This document shows, piece by piece, positions 1 to 9,659 of a stretch of 64,000 nucleotides of DNA; the stretch's first letter is position 1; every line of letters begins with the position of its first letter. A program made the position numbers and the translations under genes. Under the pieces are notes generated by a model, which searched no databases, was not told where the DNA came from, and was given only the letters and a program-made list of their open reading frames with translations. Source of the stretch: an uncultured delta proteobacterium (GTDB lineage: Bacteria > Myxococcota_A > Polyangia > Polyangiales > Polyangiaceae); contig CAVQUB010000011.1 in NCBI GenBank assembly GCA_963716725.1, positions 96,001 to 160,000 on the forward strand, given 5' to 3'.

Positions 1-1177
1 CCATCACCCTCGAAGACTCTGGCTTCCGCTTCGATCGCACCGGCCACCTGCTGCACCTCCGCGACGCCGCCATGCGCGAGAAGGTCATGGGGTGGATCGG
101 CGACGACCACCGGGTGGTGCAACGCAAGAGCGTGATTTGGTCGAACGGCGTCTACACGCGCTACCCGTTCCAGGCCAACACCTTCGGACTGCCACCGGCC
201 GTCGCCTACGAGTGCGTCATGGGCTTCATCGCTGCGCATTTCGCGGCCAACCAGCTAGCCCGCCAGAACTTCGAGGAGTTCTGCCTGACGCACTTCGGAG
301 TCGGCATCAGTCGGCATTTCATGATCCCCTACAACTCGCGCCTCTGGGGCGTGCACCCGAGCGAAATCACGGCGGCGTGGTGCGAGCGCTTCGTGCCGCT
401 GCCGAAGCTCGAGGACGTCATCGCCGGGGCAGTCGGCGCGAGTGATCGGGAGCTCGGCTACAATCAGAGCTTCGTGTACCCGCGCCTCGGCATCGGGGAG
501 CTGCCGAAGGCCATGGCGCAAGGACCTGCCCGAGCTCGAGCTGGGGCGCGCTCCCACGCGGATCGACGCCACCGCTCGCCGACTGAACTTCGAGGACGGC
601 GAGACCGTCGACTACGACGCGCTGATCAGCACCGCGCCCCTGCCGCTCTTGATCGACGCCATCGCCGATGCGCCGCCGGAGGTCCGAGCGGCCTCGGCCA
701 AGCTGCGCTGCACCCCGCTCTACTACCTGGACGTGGCCCTCGCAGTGCCGTGTGGGCGTCCCTACCACTGGATCTACGTGCCCGAGGAGAAGTATCCCTT
801 CTACCGGGTCGGCTGCTATTCACACTTCTCGGAGGCCATGGCGCCCCCGGGCAAGGCCTGCCTCTACGTCGAGCTCGCGGAGCGATCACCGCCGGATCTC
901 GGCGAGATCCTGCCGCGCGTGACCGAGGGCCTGATGCGAGCTCGGCTTGATTTCCGCACCGGGTGACGTGGCCTTCGCGCGCGTCCGGAAGATCGACTAT
1001 GCGTACGTGATCTTCGATCACGCCTACTTCGACGCCATGGCGACGGTGAAGGCGTTCCTCGAGCAGAAGCAGATCGTCCCGGCGGGACGCTACGGAAATT
1101 GGAACTACTCATCGATGGAAGACGCCTTGATCTTCGGACGTGACGCCGCCGCTCTTGCCCAGGAGTTGCTGCCATGA
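1..1177 (+). CDS. FAD-dependent oxidoreductase (HemY/amine-oxidase fold; resembles eukaryotic-type UDP-galactopyranose mutase); 5'-truncated, two apparent +1 frameshifts (~519, ~937)
   Basis: Frame from base 3 reads ITLEDSGFRFDRTGHLLH...YPFQAN...FMIPYNSRLWG...FVYPRLGIGEL. It continues in ORF 442..966 (YDALISTAPLP, HWIYVPEEKYPFYRV) and ORF 947..1177 (YAYVIFDH, GRYGNWNYSSMEDA). Removing C519 and C937 gives one continuous protein. Confidence 0.75.
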
Positions 1178-1887
1178 GCGACCTGCCGCAAATCTCCATC
1201 GTCATCCCCGTCTACAACGAGGAAGGGATCCTGCACTCGGCTGTGGTCGACCTGCGCGAGCGCTTGGCGCCGCTGGGCTGGCAGTACGAGATCATCCTCG
1301 CCGAGAACGGCTCCCGGGACCGGACCATCGAGATCGCCAAGGAGCTCTCGAGCAAGTACCCCGAGGTCCGCCACATCTCGGCCGGCGAACCCAACTACGG
1401 CAAGGCCCTGCGCAAGGGCATCTTCCACGCGCGGGGCGAGCTCGTGCTCTGCGACGAGATCGACCTCTGCGACACCGACTTCCACCAACGGGCGGTGGAG
1501 CTGCTCGATGGCGACCGGGCGGACATGGTGATCGGCTCGAAGCTGATCGGCGGCGCCTCCGACGAACGCCCGTTGCTCCGGCACGCCGCCAGCGTATTTT
1601 ACACCGGGCTCTTGCGCGTGTTGCTGGGATTTCGCGGCACGGACACCCACGGCCTCAAGGCGTTCCGCCGCGCGACTCTGCTGCCCATGGTGGAGGCCTG
1701 CCTGGTCGAGAAGGACGTGTTCGCGAGCGAGTTCGTGATTCGCGCGTACCGCAACCAACTTCGCGTCATCGAGATCCCCGTCCGCATCATCGAAAAGCGT
1801 CCGCCTTCCATCAACCTCTTCAAGCGGGTGCCCAACGTCCTGAAGAGCGTGGTCAAGCTCACCTGGGCGATCCGAGTGAAGGGCTGA
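1174..1887 (+). CDS. Glycosyltransferase family 2 (polyprenol-phosphate sugar synthase-like)
   Basis: SIVIPVYNEE, ENGSRDRT, YGKALRKG, DEIDL, TDTHGLKAFRR; ATGA overlap with the upstream stop. Confidence 0.9.
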   Translation: MSDLPQISIVIPVYNEEGILHSAVVDLRERLAPLGWQYEIILAENGSRDRTIEIAKELSSKYPEVRHISAGEPNYGKALRKGIFHARGELVLCDEIDLCDTDFHQRAVELLDGDRADMVIGSKLIGGASDERPLLRHAASVFYTGLLRVLLGFRGTDTHGLKAFRRATLLPMVEACLVEKDVFASEFVIRAYRNQLRVIEIPVRIIEKRPPSINLFKRVPNVLKSVVKLTWAIRVKG

Positions 1888-1923
1888 CGCCGGCCTCGCG
1901 GGCGTTATACCCTCCGTCGCGCG

Positions 1924-3742
1924 ATGGCGAAGGAGGTCGTAGTCGAACGGGTCGTTGCTTGCACCGCGAGCGCGGCGCTGCTGTGGCCGCTGATCACGGA
2001 CACTGAGCGACTGAACCGCGCCGTCGGGCTGGGGCGGCTCCACCTGGCGCCAAACGATGACGCGAGCGCGGCTCGGCACCTCGTGAGCACCGTCTCGGGG
2101 GGCTTTCCTCTCGAGTACGAAGAGCGACCCTTCGAGTGGGTGGAGCCAAGTCGCTTCAGCGTCCGGCGAGACGTTCGGCGAGGTCTGGTCACCCGGATCG
2201 TGAACTCCTTCGAGCTCCAGCCGTCAGACAACGGAGGCACGCGCGTGACCGTGCGCATCGCCGCACTGCCCAAGTACGGCGTGATCGCCCCGGTGCTGAG
2301 GTTGCAGGTCGGGCGCTCCCTGAGTCGCATCGCGAGCTACATCGAGCAAGTCGACGCGGGCCTCGGCAAAGTCGACGCGCTCGCGCTGCACACGGCGCCA
2401 CTCAACGACTCGAGCTTGGCCCGCCTGGCCGAGCCCTACGTCGAGGGCTTGCCGCCCGCCATGCGCGCGGCGGGCGAGTCCTTGGTTGCCCTCGTGCGCT
2501 CCGGCTCGGACCTCGACGTCGACCGCATTCGCCCCTTCGAGCTGGCCGACGCTTGGAAGATGGATCGCAACCTGGTGCTCGCGGCCTGCTTGCATGCCGT
2601 GGGTGCCGGTCTGCTCGAGCTGTGCTGGGATTTGATTTGTCCAAGCTGTCGCACCGCCTCAGAGCGCAGCCGGAGCTTGACCGAGCTGGGAGCCCACGCG
2701 CACTGCCAACTCTGCGACATCTCCTTCGACCTGGATCTCGAATCGGGCGGTCGAGGCGACCTTCCGCCCCACCGAGGGCATCCGCAAGGTCGACGAGGGG
2801 CCCTACTGCGTCGGTGGACCCGCGCGCACGCCGCACGTGCTGGCGCAGGCGGTGCTGCCCGCGTCCGGCCGGGTGGAGCTGGTCGCGCCGACCAAGCCCG
2901 GACGTTATCGCCTCTTCGTGCGGGGTGGTCCCGCGGCGGTGTTGCGGGTGGCCGCCGGGGGTGCACCGGGTCTCGAAGCGAAGGCCAGCGCCACGACGCT
3001 CGAGCCCGCGCAGGCCAATCTCGCGCCCGGCGCCAGCATCCTCGTTTCGCAGGACGACGCGCGCGAACGACACGTGAAGCTCGAGCGGGTGGACTTCGCC
3101 GAGGTCGCCGCGACCGCCCACCACGTCAGCATGTTCCCGGAGTTTCGCCGCCAGTTCGCCGGACAGGTGCTGCGGCCCGGGTTGGCGCTGCGCGTCGCAC
3201 GGATCGCGCTTCTGTTCACCGACCTGACCGGCTCGACCGCGCTCTACACCGAGGTCGGCGACGCCCGGGCGTTTCGCGTCGTGCAGAGCCACTTCGAGCT
3301 GCTCGAGCGCTTGGTCGCTGCCCACGGCGGAACGGTGGTCAAGACCATCGGCGATGCGGTGATGGCGGCCTTCGTACGTGAAGAAGACGCGGTACGAGCG
3401 GCCGCAGCCATGCACCGCGAGTTCCATGCCTTCCGCAAGACCGAGGCCGACGCAGACGCGCTCAGCCTGAAGATCGGAGCCTTCGCTGGCCCATGTTACG
3501 CGGTCACCGCCAACGGCGTCCTCGACTACTTCGGTCAGACCGTGAACGTGGCGGCGCGCCTGCAAGGCGCGGCGCATGGCGGTGAGCTCGTCCTGGCTGA
3601 CAGCTTGGCCGACACCGCTCAGCGCCTGGGCTGGTTCGACGCGGCCCTTCCGCGGGAGCGCTTCGCCGCCGAGCTCAAGGGGCTCTCGGAGCCGCTGGTC
3701 GCCGCCCGGGTCGTGATGGACGAAGTCGCCGCGTTGCGCTGA
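1924..3742 (+). CDS. SRPBCC/START-like + DUF5939-like (Zn ribbon) + class III adenylate cyclase; apparent +1 frameshift at 2745-2747
   Basis: N-terminal LWPLITDTERLNRAVGL and EERPFEWVEP; CPSC...HCQLC; cyclase motifs LLFTDLTGSTALY, VVKTIGDAVMA, DYFGQTVNVAARL. Deleting one G of GGG joins ORF 1924 to ORF 2837 (LDLESAVEATFRP). Confidence 0.85.
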
Positions 3743-3764
3743 CCCAGCTCGGCTCCCTCACCGT

Positions 3765-4424
3765 TCACCAGCGCTCGACGCGCCAGCCGCGCTGGTTGGC
3801 GAGGCGGCGCAGGCGTGCGTCCGGGTTCACGACGATCGGCTCGTCGACGTGCTCGAGCAGCGGCCAATCGGTGATGCTGTCGGAGTAGAAACACGAGCGC
3901 TCGAGCTGGAAGCCATGCTCGGCGGCCAGGCGCGCGGTTCGCGTGATCTTGCCCTTTCCGTAGCACATCGGCGGTTTCAGCTTGCCGGTGAAGCGGCCGG
4001 AGGAGTCGACATCGAGCTCGGTGCACACGACGTGTTCGATGCCGAGCTCCCGCGCCAACGGCTCGGCGGCGTAGCGCGTCGCGCCGGTGACGATGACCAA
4101 GACGTCGCCCGCATCGCGGTGGCGTCGTACGGCCTCGCGTCCGCTGTCGGTGACGTGAGGCAGCACGTAGTCGCGAAACCAGCCGCGACAGCGGTCCTCC
4201 ATCCAGGCTTCTTCTTTTCCGCGGTACGAGGCGAGGGCGCGCTCCGCGACCTTCTCTGCGTCGATGACCCCAAGGGTGTATTTCAGAAGCCACCAGGCCA
4301 CCCGCAACGAGTATCCGCGGCCAACCTCACCGAGATCGCGCTGGTAGCGCACGTAGAGGCTGGCCGTATCACGCCGGATCAGCGTGCGGTCCATGTCGAA
4401 GAGTGCGGCGCGGCGCAGCGGCAT
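3765..4424 (-). CDS. HAD-IB family hydrolase (SerB-like)
   Basis: AALFDMDRTL (motif I), IVTGA, GKGK, FYSDSITDWPLL; ATG at 4424. Confidence 0.9.
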   Translation of the reverse strand: MPLRRAALFDMDRTLIRRDTASLYVRYQRDLGEVGRGYSLRVAWWLLKYTLGVIDAEKVAERALASYRGKEEAWMEDRCRGWFRDYVLPHVTDSGREAVRRHRDAGDVLVIVTGATRYAAEPLARELGIEHVVCTELDVDSSGRFTGKLKPPMCYGKGKITRTARLAAEHGFQLERSCFYSDSITDWPLLEHVDEPIVVNPDARLRRLANQRGWRVERW

Positions 4425-4492
4425 CGGGAGATTGTAGTGGCTTCCTCGTTTCGCATGCACTCCCCTCCTCGAAGGGCTATCACCCGGCCTCG

Positions 4493-7051
4493 ATGCAGCC
4501 TTTGCCCATCGACCCGCTCCTGCCCGAGATCGCGGCGCGGCTGCGCGAGCACGGTTCGCTGGTCCTCTCGGCCGAGCCCGGCGCAGGCAAGACCACTCGG
4601 GTGCCAATCGCGCTCTTGGAGGCGGGGCTGGCCGGTGCCGGAGAAATCTGGGTCAGCGAGCCGCGGCGCCTGGCGGCTCGGCTCGTCGCTCGACACGTCG
4701 CCTCCGAGCGTGGCGAACGCATTGGCGGACGCGTCGGCTACCGGGTGCGCTTCGAAGATGTCTCCGGCCCGGAGACCCGCCTCTGCTACGTGACGGAGGG
4801 GGTTCTGGTCCGACGTCTGCTCACGGACCATCGACTCGACGGGGTGGGGCTGGTGATCCTCGACGAGTTCCACGAACGCAGCTTGTCCACGGATCTAGCT
4901 TTCGCCCTGGTGGCTGCGCTGAAGCGACGTGAGCGACCCGACCTCGGCTTGGTGGTGATGAGCGCCACGCTCGACGCCGCGCCGGTGTCCGCCTTTCTCG
5001 GCGGCTGCCCGGTGATCGACAGCCCGGGTCGCGCGTTTCCCCTCGAGATAGAACACCACGAGCGCCCGGACGATCGTCCGCTCGAGAAACAGGTGGTGAG
5101 CGCTGTTCGCGAACTGGTGCGCGAAGAAGGCGACGTCTTGGTGTTCTTGCCGGGCGCGGCCGAGATCCGACGCGCCGAAGAGAACCTGAGCGAGCTGGCC
5201 AGGAGCGAGAGCTTGCTCGTGCTTCCGCTGCACGGCGATCAGAGCGTCGAAGAGCAGAGCCGAGCGGTGGAGCCGGCATCGCGACGCAAGGTCGTGCTGT
5301 CGACCAACGTCGCCGAGACCAGCGTGACCATCGACGGAGTCACCGGGGTGGTAGATTCGGGGCTGGCGCGCGTCGCTCGCCACTCCCCCTGGACCGGGCT
5401 GCCGCGACTCGAAGTCGCCAAGGTGAGCCGCTCGTCGGCGACGCAGCGCGCGGGTCGCGCCGGCCGGACACGCCCCGGTCGGGTGCTCCGGCTCTACACC
5501 CGCGGCGATTTCGAGGCTCGTCCGGAGCACGACGCGCCGGAGATCCGTCGCGCCGATTTGAGCGAAGCCCTGCTCACGCTGCACGGCGCCGAGTTCGGCG
5601 GCTTCGGCGCCCTTGCCTGGCTCGACGCGCCCCCCGCAGCGGCGACCACCGCCGCGGAGGGCCTGCTCTCGACCCTCGGGGCAGTCCGCGACGGGCGCAT
5701 CACGAAGGTCGGCCGACGTATGCTCGCGTTCCCGCTTCACCCGCGCCTCGCCCGCGTGATGGTCGAGGCCGAAGGGCTCGGAGTCGGCCGCCGCGGGGCA
5801 CTGGCCGCAGCGCTGCTTTCGGAGCGCGACATCCGCCGCGCCGCTCGCACCGCCTTCGGCAGGCGCACGAATCTCGACGCTGCCCGCGGCGACTCGGACG
5901 TGATCGAGCTGATGGACCGATTCGACGAAGCCCGCGACGCACGCTTCGATGCACAGGCGCTCGCACGCATGGGGCTCGACCGCCGATCCGTGCGGGCCGT
6001 CGATCGTGCCCGCTCTCAACTCGAGCGACCGCTGCGAGACCGCGCCGAAGACGGACCGCGCGATCTCGTCGACGAGGAGCGCCGGATTCGGCGCGCCCTG
6101 CTCAGTGGGTTCGCCGATCGGGTCGCGCGGCGAGCCCGCGCCGGCGCCGCCGACTTGGTGTTCTCTCGAGGCGGAGGCGCAAAGCTCTCGGAGGACAGCG
6201 TCCTGCACGACGCGCTCTTGATGATCGCCGTCGACGTGGAGGAGCGCGCCGGCAGGGGCGGCAACGTGGTGCGGTTGGCCAGCGCCATCGAGGCCGACTG
6301 GCTCCTCGACCTCGACCCCGATGCGCTCGAGCAGAGCGACGACTTGGTCTGGAACGCCGAGAGCAAACGCGTAGACCGCGTCGAGCGATTGAGCTTCGGC
6401 GCCCTGGTTCTGGACGAGTCGCGGACACGGGCACGAGCTTCGGAGGGGGCGTCTCGGGTCTTGGCCCGCGCCGCGCTTTCATCTGCAGAGATCCTGTCGG
6501 CCGGAGCTGGCCTCGACACGCTCTTGCGCCGCATCGAGCTGGCGCGAGAACACCTGCCGGAAGCCGCCTTCCCCGCCCTGGGACCCGAGACCCGCGCCGA
6601 GGCCGTCGAGGCAGCCTGCGCCGGCATCACCAGCCTCGAAGAGCTCTGCGTCACCCCCCTCTCGATGGGTGTGCTCGCTTCGCTGTCGAACGATCAGCAA
6701 CGTCTGCTCGCGGCGGAGCTGCCCGAACGCGCGCGCCTCGGCCCAGGGCGGAGCGTCGAAGTGCACTACGAGCCCGGTCGCCCGCCCTGGATCGAGTCGC
6801 GCCTGCAAGACTTCTTCGGATCGGCAGCCGGACCGAGCCTGTGCCGTGGTCGCCTGCCCTTGACCTTGCACTTGCTCGCACCCAACCAGCGCGCCGTGCA
6901 AGTCACCACGGATCTCGAGGGCTTCTGGCAGCGTCACTACCCCGGGATCCGCAGAGAGCTGATGCGACGCTATCCGCGCCACGGCTGGCCCGAAGACGGT
7001 CGACACGCGGAGCCCCCCCCGCCCCGACCTCCGCGCCGACCGCTCAAGTGA
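4493..7051 (+). CDS. hrpB: ATP-dependent helicase HrpB
   Basis: LPIDPLLP, AEPGAGKTT, LDEFHER, MSAT, STNVAETSVTI, QRAGRAGR, C-terminal RLQDFFG...LLAPNQRAVQVTTDLEGFW...RYPRHGWP. Confidence 0.93.
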   Translation: MQPLPIDPLLPEIAARLREHGSLVLSAEPGAGKTTRVPIALLEAGLAGAGEIWVSEPRRLAARLVARHVASERGERIGGRVGYRVRFEDVSGPETRLCYVTEGVLVRRLLTDHRLDGVGLVILDEFHERSLSTDLAFALVAALKRRERPDLGLVVMSATLDAAPVSAFLGGCPVIDSPGRAFPLEIEHHERPDDRPLEKQVVSAVRELVREEGDVLVFLPGAAEIRRAEENLSELARSESLLVLPLHGDQSVEEQSRAVEPASRRKVVLSTNVAETSVTIDGVTGVVDSGLARVARHSPWTGLPRLEVAKVSRSSATQRAGRAGRTRPGRVLRLYTRGDFEARPEHDAPEIRRADLSEALLTLHGAEFGGFGALAWLDAPPAAATTAAEGLLSTLGAVRDGRITKVGRRMLAFPLHPRLARVMVEAEGLGVGRRGALAAALLSERDIRRAARTAFGRRTNLDAARGDSDVIELMDRFDEARDARFDAQALARMGLDRRSVRAVDRARSQLERPLRDRAEDGPRDLVDEERRIRRALLSGFADRVARRARAGAADLVFSRGGGAKLSEDSVLHDALLMIAVDVEERAGRGGNVVRLASAIEADWLLDLDPDALEQSDDLVWNAESKRVDRVERLSFGALVLDESRTRARASEGASRVLARAALSSAEILSAGAGLDTLLRRIELAREHLPEAAFPALGPETRAEAVEAACAGITSLEELCVTPLSMGVLASLSNDQQRLLAAELPERARLGPGRSVEVHYEPGRPPWIESRLQDFFGSAAGPSLCRGRLPLTLHLLAPNQRAVQVTTDLEGFWQRHYPGIRRELMRRYPRHGWPEDGRHAEPPPPRPPRRPLK

Positions 7052-9629
7052 TCCGGCTCTTGAGCCGCGCGACGAAGGAAAGCGCGTCGAGGGGAGTCAT
7101 GCGTTCGACGTCGACGGCGCGCAGCGTCTCGAGCACCTCGCGCTGCTTGGGATCGTCGACCTCGGACTTCTGGAACAAGGAGAGCTGCGGCTCCGAGCGA
7201 CCGGGCCGGCGCGCGTCCCTGCCCTCGCCCTCGAGCCCCACCAGGATGGCTTTCGCCCGGGCCAGCACTGACTCGGGCAACCCCGCCAGCCGCGCCACGG
7301 CGATGCCGTAAGAACGGCTGGCCGCTCCCGGAACCAAACGGTGGAGGAAGACCACTTCGTCCCCCGATTCGCGAGCGCTCACGCAGTGGTTGGCGACGTG
7401 CTCGCTCGCGCCCGCGAGGGCCGTGAGCTCGTGGTAGTGAGTAGCGAAGAGCGCGCGACACTGCACCGCCTCGTCGATGTGCTCGGCGACCGCCCAGGCG
7501 ATCGCGAGCCCGTCGTAGGTGCTGGTTCCTCGGCCGATTTCGTCCAAGATCACCAGCGAGCGCCGCGTCGCGCGCTGGAGGATCTCACCGGTTTCACGCA
7601 TCTCGACCATGAACGTGCTCTCGCCGCGCGCGACGTCGTCGCTGGCCCCCACCCGCGAGAGCACGCGATCGACCACGCCGATGCGCGCCCGTCCAGCCGG
7701 AACGAAGCTCCCGATCTGAGCCAACACGACCGCGAGGGCGGTCTGCCGAAGCAGCGTGCTCTTGCCCGCCATGTTGGGCCCCGTGATCAGCCACAGTCGC
7801 TCGTGCTCGAGAGAAAGCCGCACGTCGTTGGGCACGAAGCGCCCCTTGGCCGCCAGGCGCTCGACCACCGGGTGGCGGCTCTCCTCGAGCTCGAGCAGAT
7901 CCGAGTCGTCCACCTCGGGCCGCGAGTAGTCGTGGCGATGAGCGACCTCGGCCAGGCCGGCGGCAACGTCCCAGCGCGCGACGCGCCGGGCGAACTCGAC
8001 GACTCGGTCGCCGCTGTCGGCGACCCGGCGCACCAGCTTCTTGATCAGCTCGAGCTCCCGCTCGCGATGCCGCTCTTCCGCGGTGGTGATCTTGTCGGCG
8101 AGCTCGTCGAGTTCGGGATTCGTGTAGCGTTCACCCGTCGCGACGGTCTGCTTGCGCCGCCACTCTTTGGGCGCCTTGCCCGCCTGCGCCCGGGAGACCT
8201 CGATGTACCAGCCAAACACCCGCGTGTAGCGCAGCTTGAGCGTGGGGATGCCCGTGCCTTCACGCAGGCGGGACTCGAGCTCCACCATGCGTTCGGCGCC
8301 GTGCTTCTGCAGCGCGTCGCTCTCGTCGAGCTCGACGTCGTAGCCGGGCGCGAAGACCGCCCCCTCCTTGGCCTGCGCCGGCGGCCGCTCGACCAGCGCG
8401 CGTCGCAGCTCGTCGGCGAGATCGGCGCAGAGATCGAGCTCGGTGCCGAGGCCCAGCGCCTCGCGCCCCGCAGCGTCGTTCACCGACCCGAGCACCTCGA
8501 CGCCGCGGGCCGACGCCGAGAGACCGTCCCGGAGCGATCCCAGCTCGCGGGGGTTGGCTTCCCCCAGGGTTGCGCGCGCCACGATGCGCTCCATGTCCGT
8601 GACGTCGGCCAGGCATTTGCGCAGATCGGCCCGGAGCCGCGAGTGCACCACGAACAGCTCCACCTGATCGTGGCGGCGTCGGATGCTTTCGACGTCCAGG
8701 AGCGGGGCTAGGAGTCGGCGACGCAAGAGGCGCGCTCCCATCGCGGTCTGCGTGTCGTCGATCACGCCGAGCAAGGTCGCCTGCCGGAGGCCGGACCATG
8801 ACTCGACCAGCTCCAGGTGCCGTTGAGCCACGCTGTCGATCACCATGTGCGCGTGAGGATCCCAGCGGGCGATCCGCCGGAGCGGGAGCTCGGAACCAGG
8901 GGTGCAGGCTCGGGCAAAACGCAGGACCCGCGCCGCAGCCCGGCGCCCCAGCGCGCCCGCGAAGCCGGCGTCTCCGCTGAGCTCGCCGAGGTCCGCCGCG
9001 AGGTCCTGGTCTTCGACCGGGGGATCCTCCCTGAGGGCCGCCAGGGGCACGGTCGCGCGGAGTGCTGCCAGCGCTCCCTCGTCGCTCACTCCGGGCGCCG
9101 AACCCACCAGGATCTCCCGCGGCGCCGCCCGACTGAGCTCGGAGAGCAAGCGCGCGAGATCGCCGACCTCGGTCGCGGCCAGCTCGCCGGTCGACAGGTC
9201 GAAGAGCGCGACCCCGACGCTCCCGCTCCCAAGCTCGAGGGCAGCGAGCCAATTGTTGGCTCGCGCGTCGAGCTGGTCGCGATCGCTGATCAGGCCCGGA
9301 GTGATCACGCGCACCACCTCGCGCGGCACGATGCCACGCACCTTGGAGGGATCCGCCATCTGCTCGCAAATGGCGACCTTGTGCCCCAGCTCGAGCAGCT
9401 TGGCGATGTACTGGTGGGCGGCGTGGTGCGGCACGCCCGCCATCGGCACCTCGTCGGGCTTGCCGCGGTTGCGGCTGGTCAGCGTCAGGTCCAGAGCGCG
9501 CGCGCACAACACCGCGTCGTCGCCGAACATCTCGTAGAAGTCGCCGAGCCGGAAGAAGACGACGGCGTCGGGGTGGACCCGCTTGGCCGCGGCGTGTTGC
9601 TGCATCACGGGCGTGTTCGGCCCGGCCAT
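7044..9629 (-). CDS. mutS: DNA mismatch repair protein MutS
   Basis: TPVMQQ, FFRLGDFYEMF, ITGPNMAGKST, GESTFMVEM, LDEIGRGTST, FATHYHEL, SYGIAVARLAG. Confidence 0.97.
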   Translation of the reverse strand: MAGPNTPVMQQHAAAKRVHPDAVVFFRLGDFYEMFGDDAVLCARALDLTLTSRNRGKPDEVPMAGVPHHAAHQYIAKLLELGHKVAICEQMADPSKVRGIVPREVVRVITPGLISDRDQLDARANNWLAALELGSGSVGVALFDLSTGELAATEVGDLARLLSELSRAAPREILVGSAPGVSDEGALAALRATVPLAALREDPPVEDQDLAADLGELSGDAGFAGALGRRAAARVLRFARACTPGSELPLRRIARWDPHAHMVIDSVAQRHLELVESWSGLRQATLLGVIDDTQTAMGARLLRRRLLAPLLDVESIRRRHDQVELFVVHSRLRADLRKCLADVTDMERIVARATLGEANPRELGSLRDGLSASARGVEVLGSVNDAAGREALGLGTELDLCADLADELRRALVERPPAQAKEGAVFAPGYDVELDESDALQKHGAERMVELESRLREGTGIPTLKLRYTRVFGWYIEVSRAQAGKAPKEWRRKQTVATGERYTNPELDELADKITTAEERHRERELELIKKLVRRVADSGDRVVEFARRVARWDVAAGLAEVAHRHDYSRPEVDDSDLLELEESRHPVVERLAAKGRFVPNDVRLSLEHERLWLITGPNMAGKSTLLRQTALAVVLAQIGSFVPAGRARIGVVDRVLSRVGASDDVARGESTFMVEMRETGEILQRATRRSLVILDEIGRGTSTYDGLAIAWAVAEHIDEAVQCRALFATHYHELTALAGASEHVANHCVSARESGDEVVFLHRLVPGAASRSYGIAVARLAGLPESVLARAKAILVGLEGEGRDARRPGRSEPQLSLFQKSEVDDPKQREVLETLRAVDVERMTPLDALSFVARLKSRIT

Positions 9630-9659
9630 CTCAGTCGGCTCCAGCCGTCGCCCGAGCCA

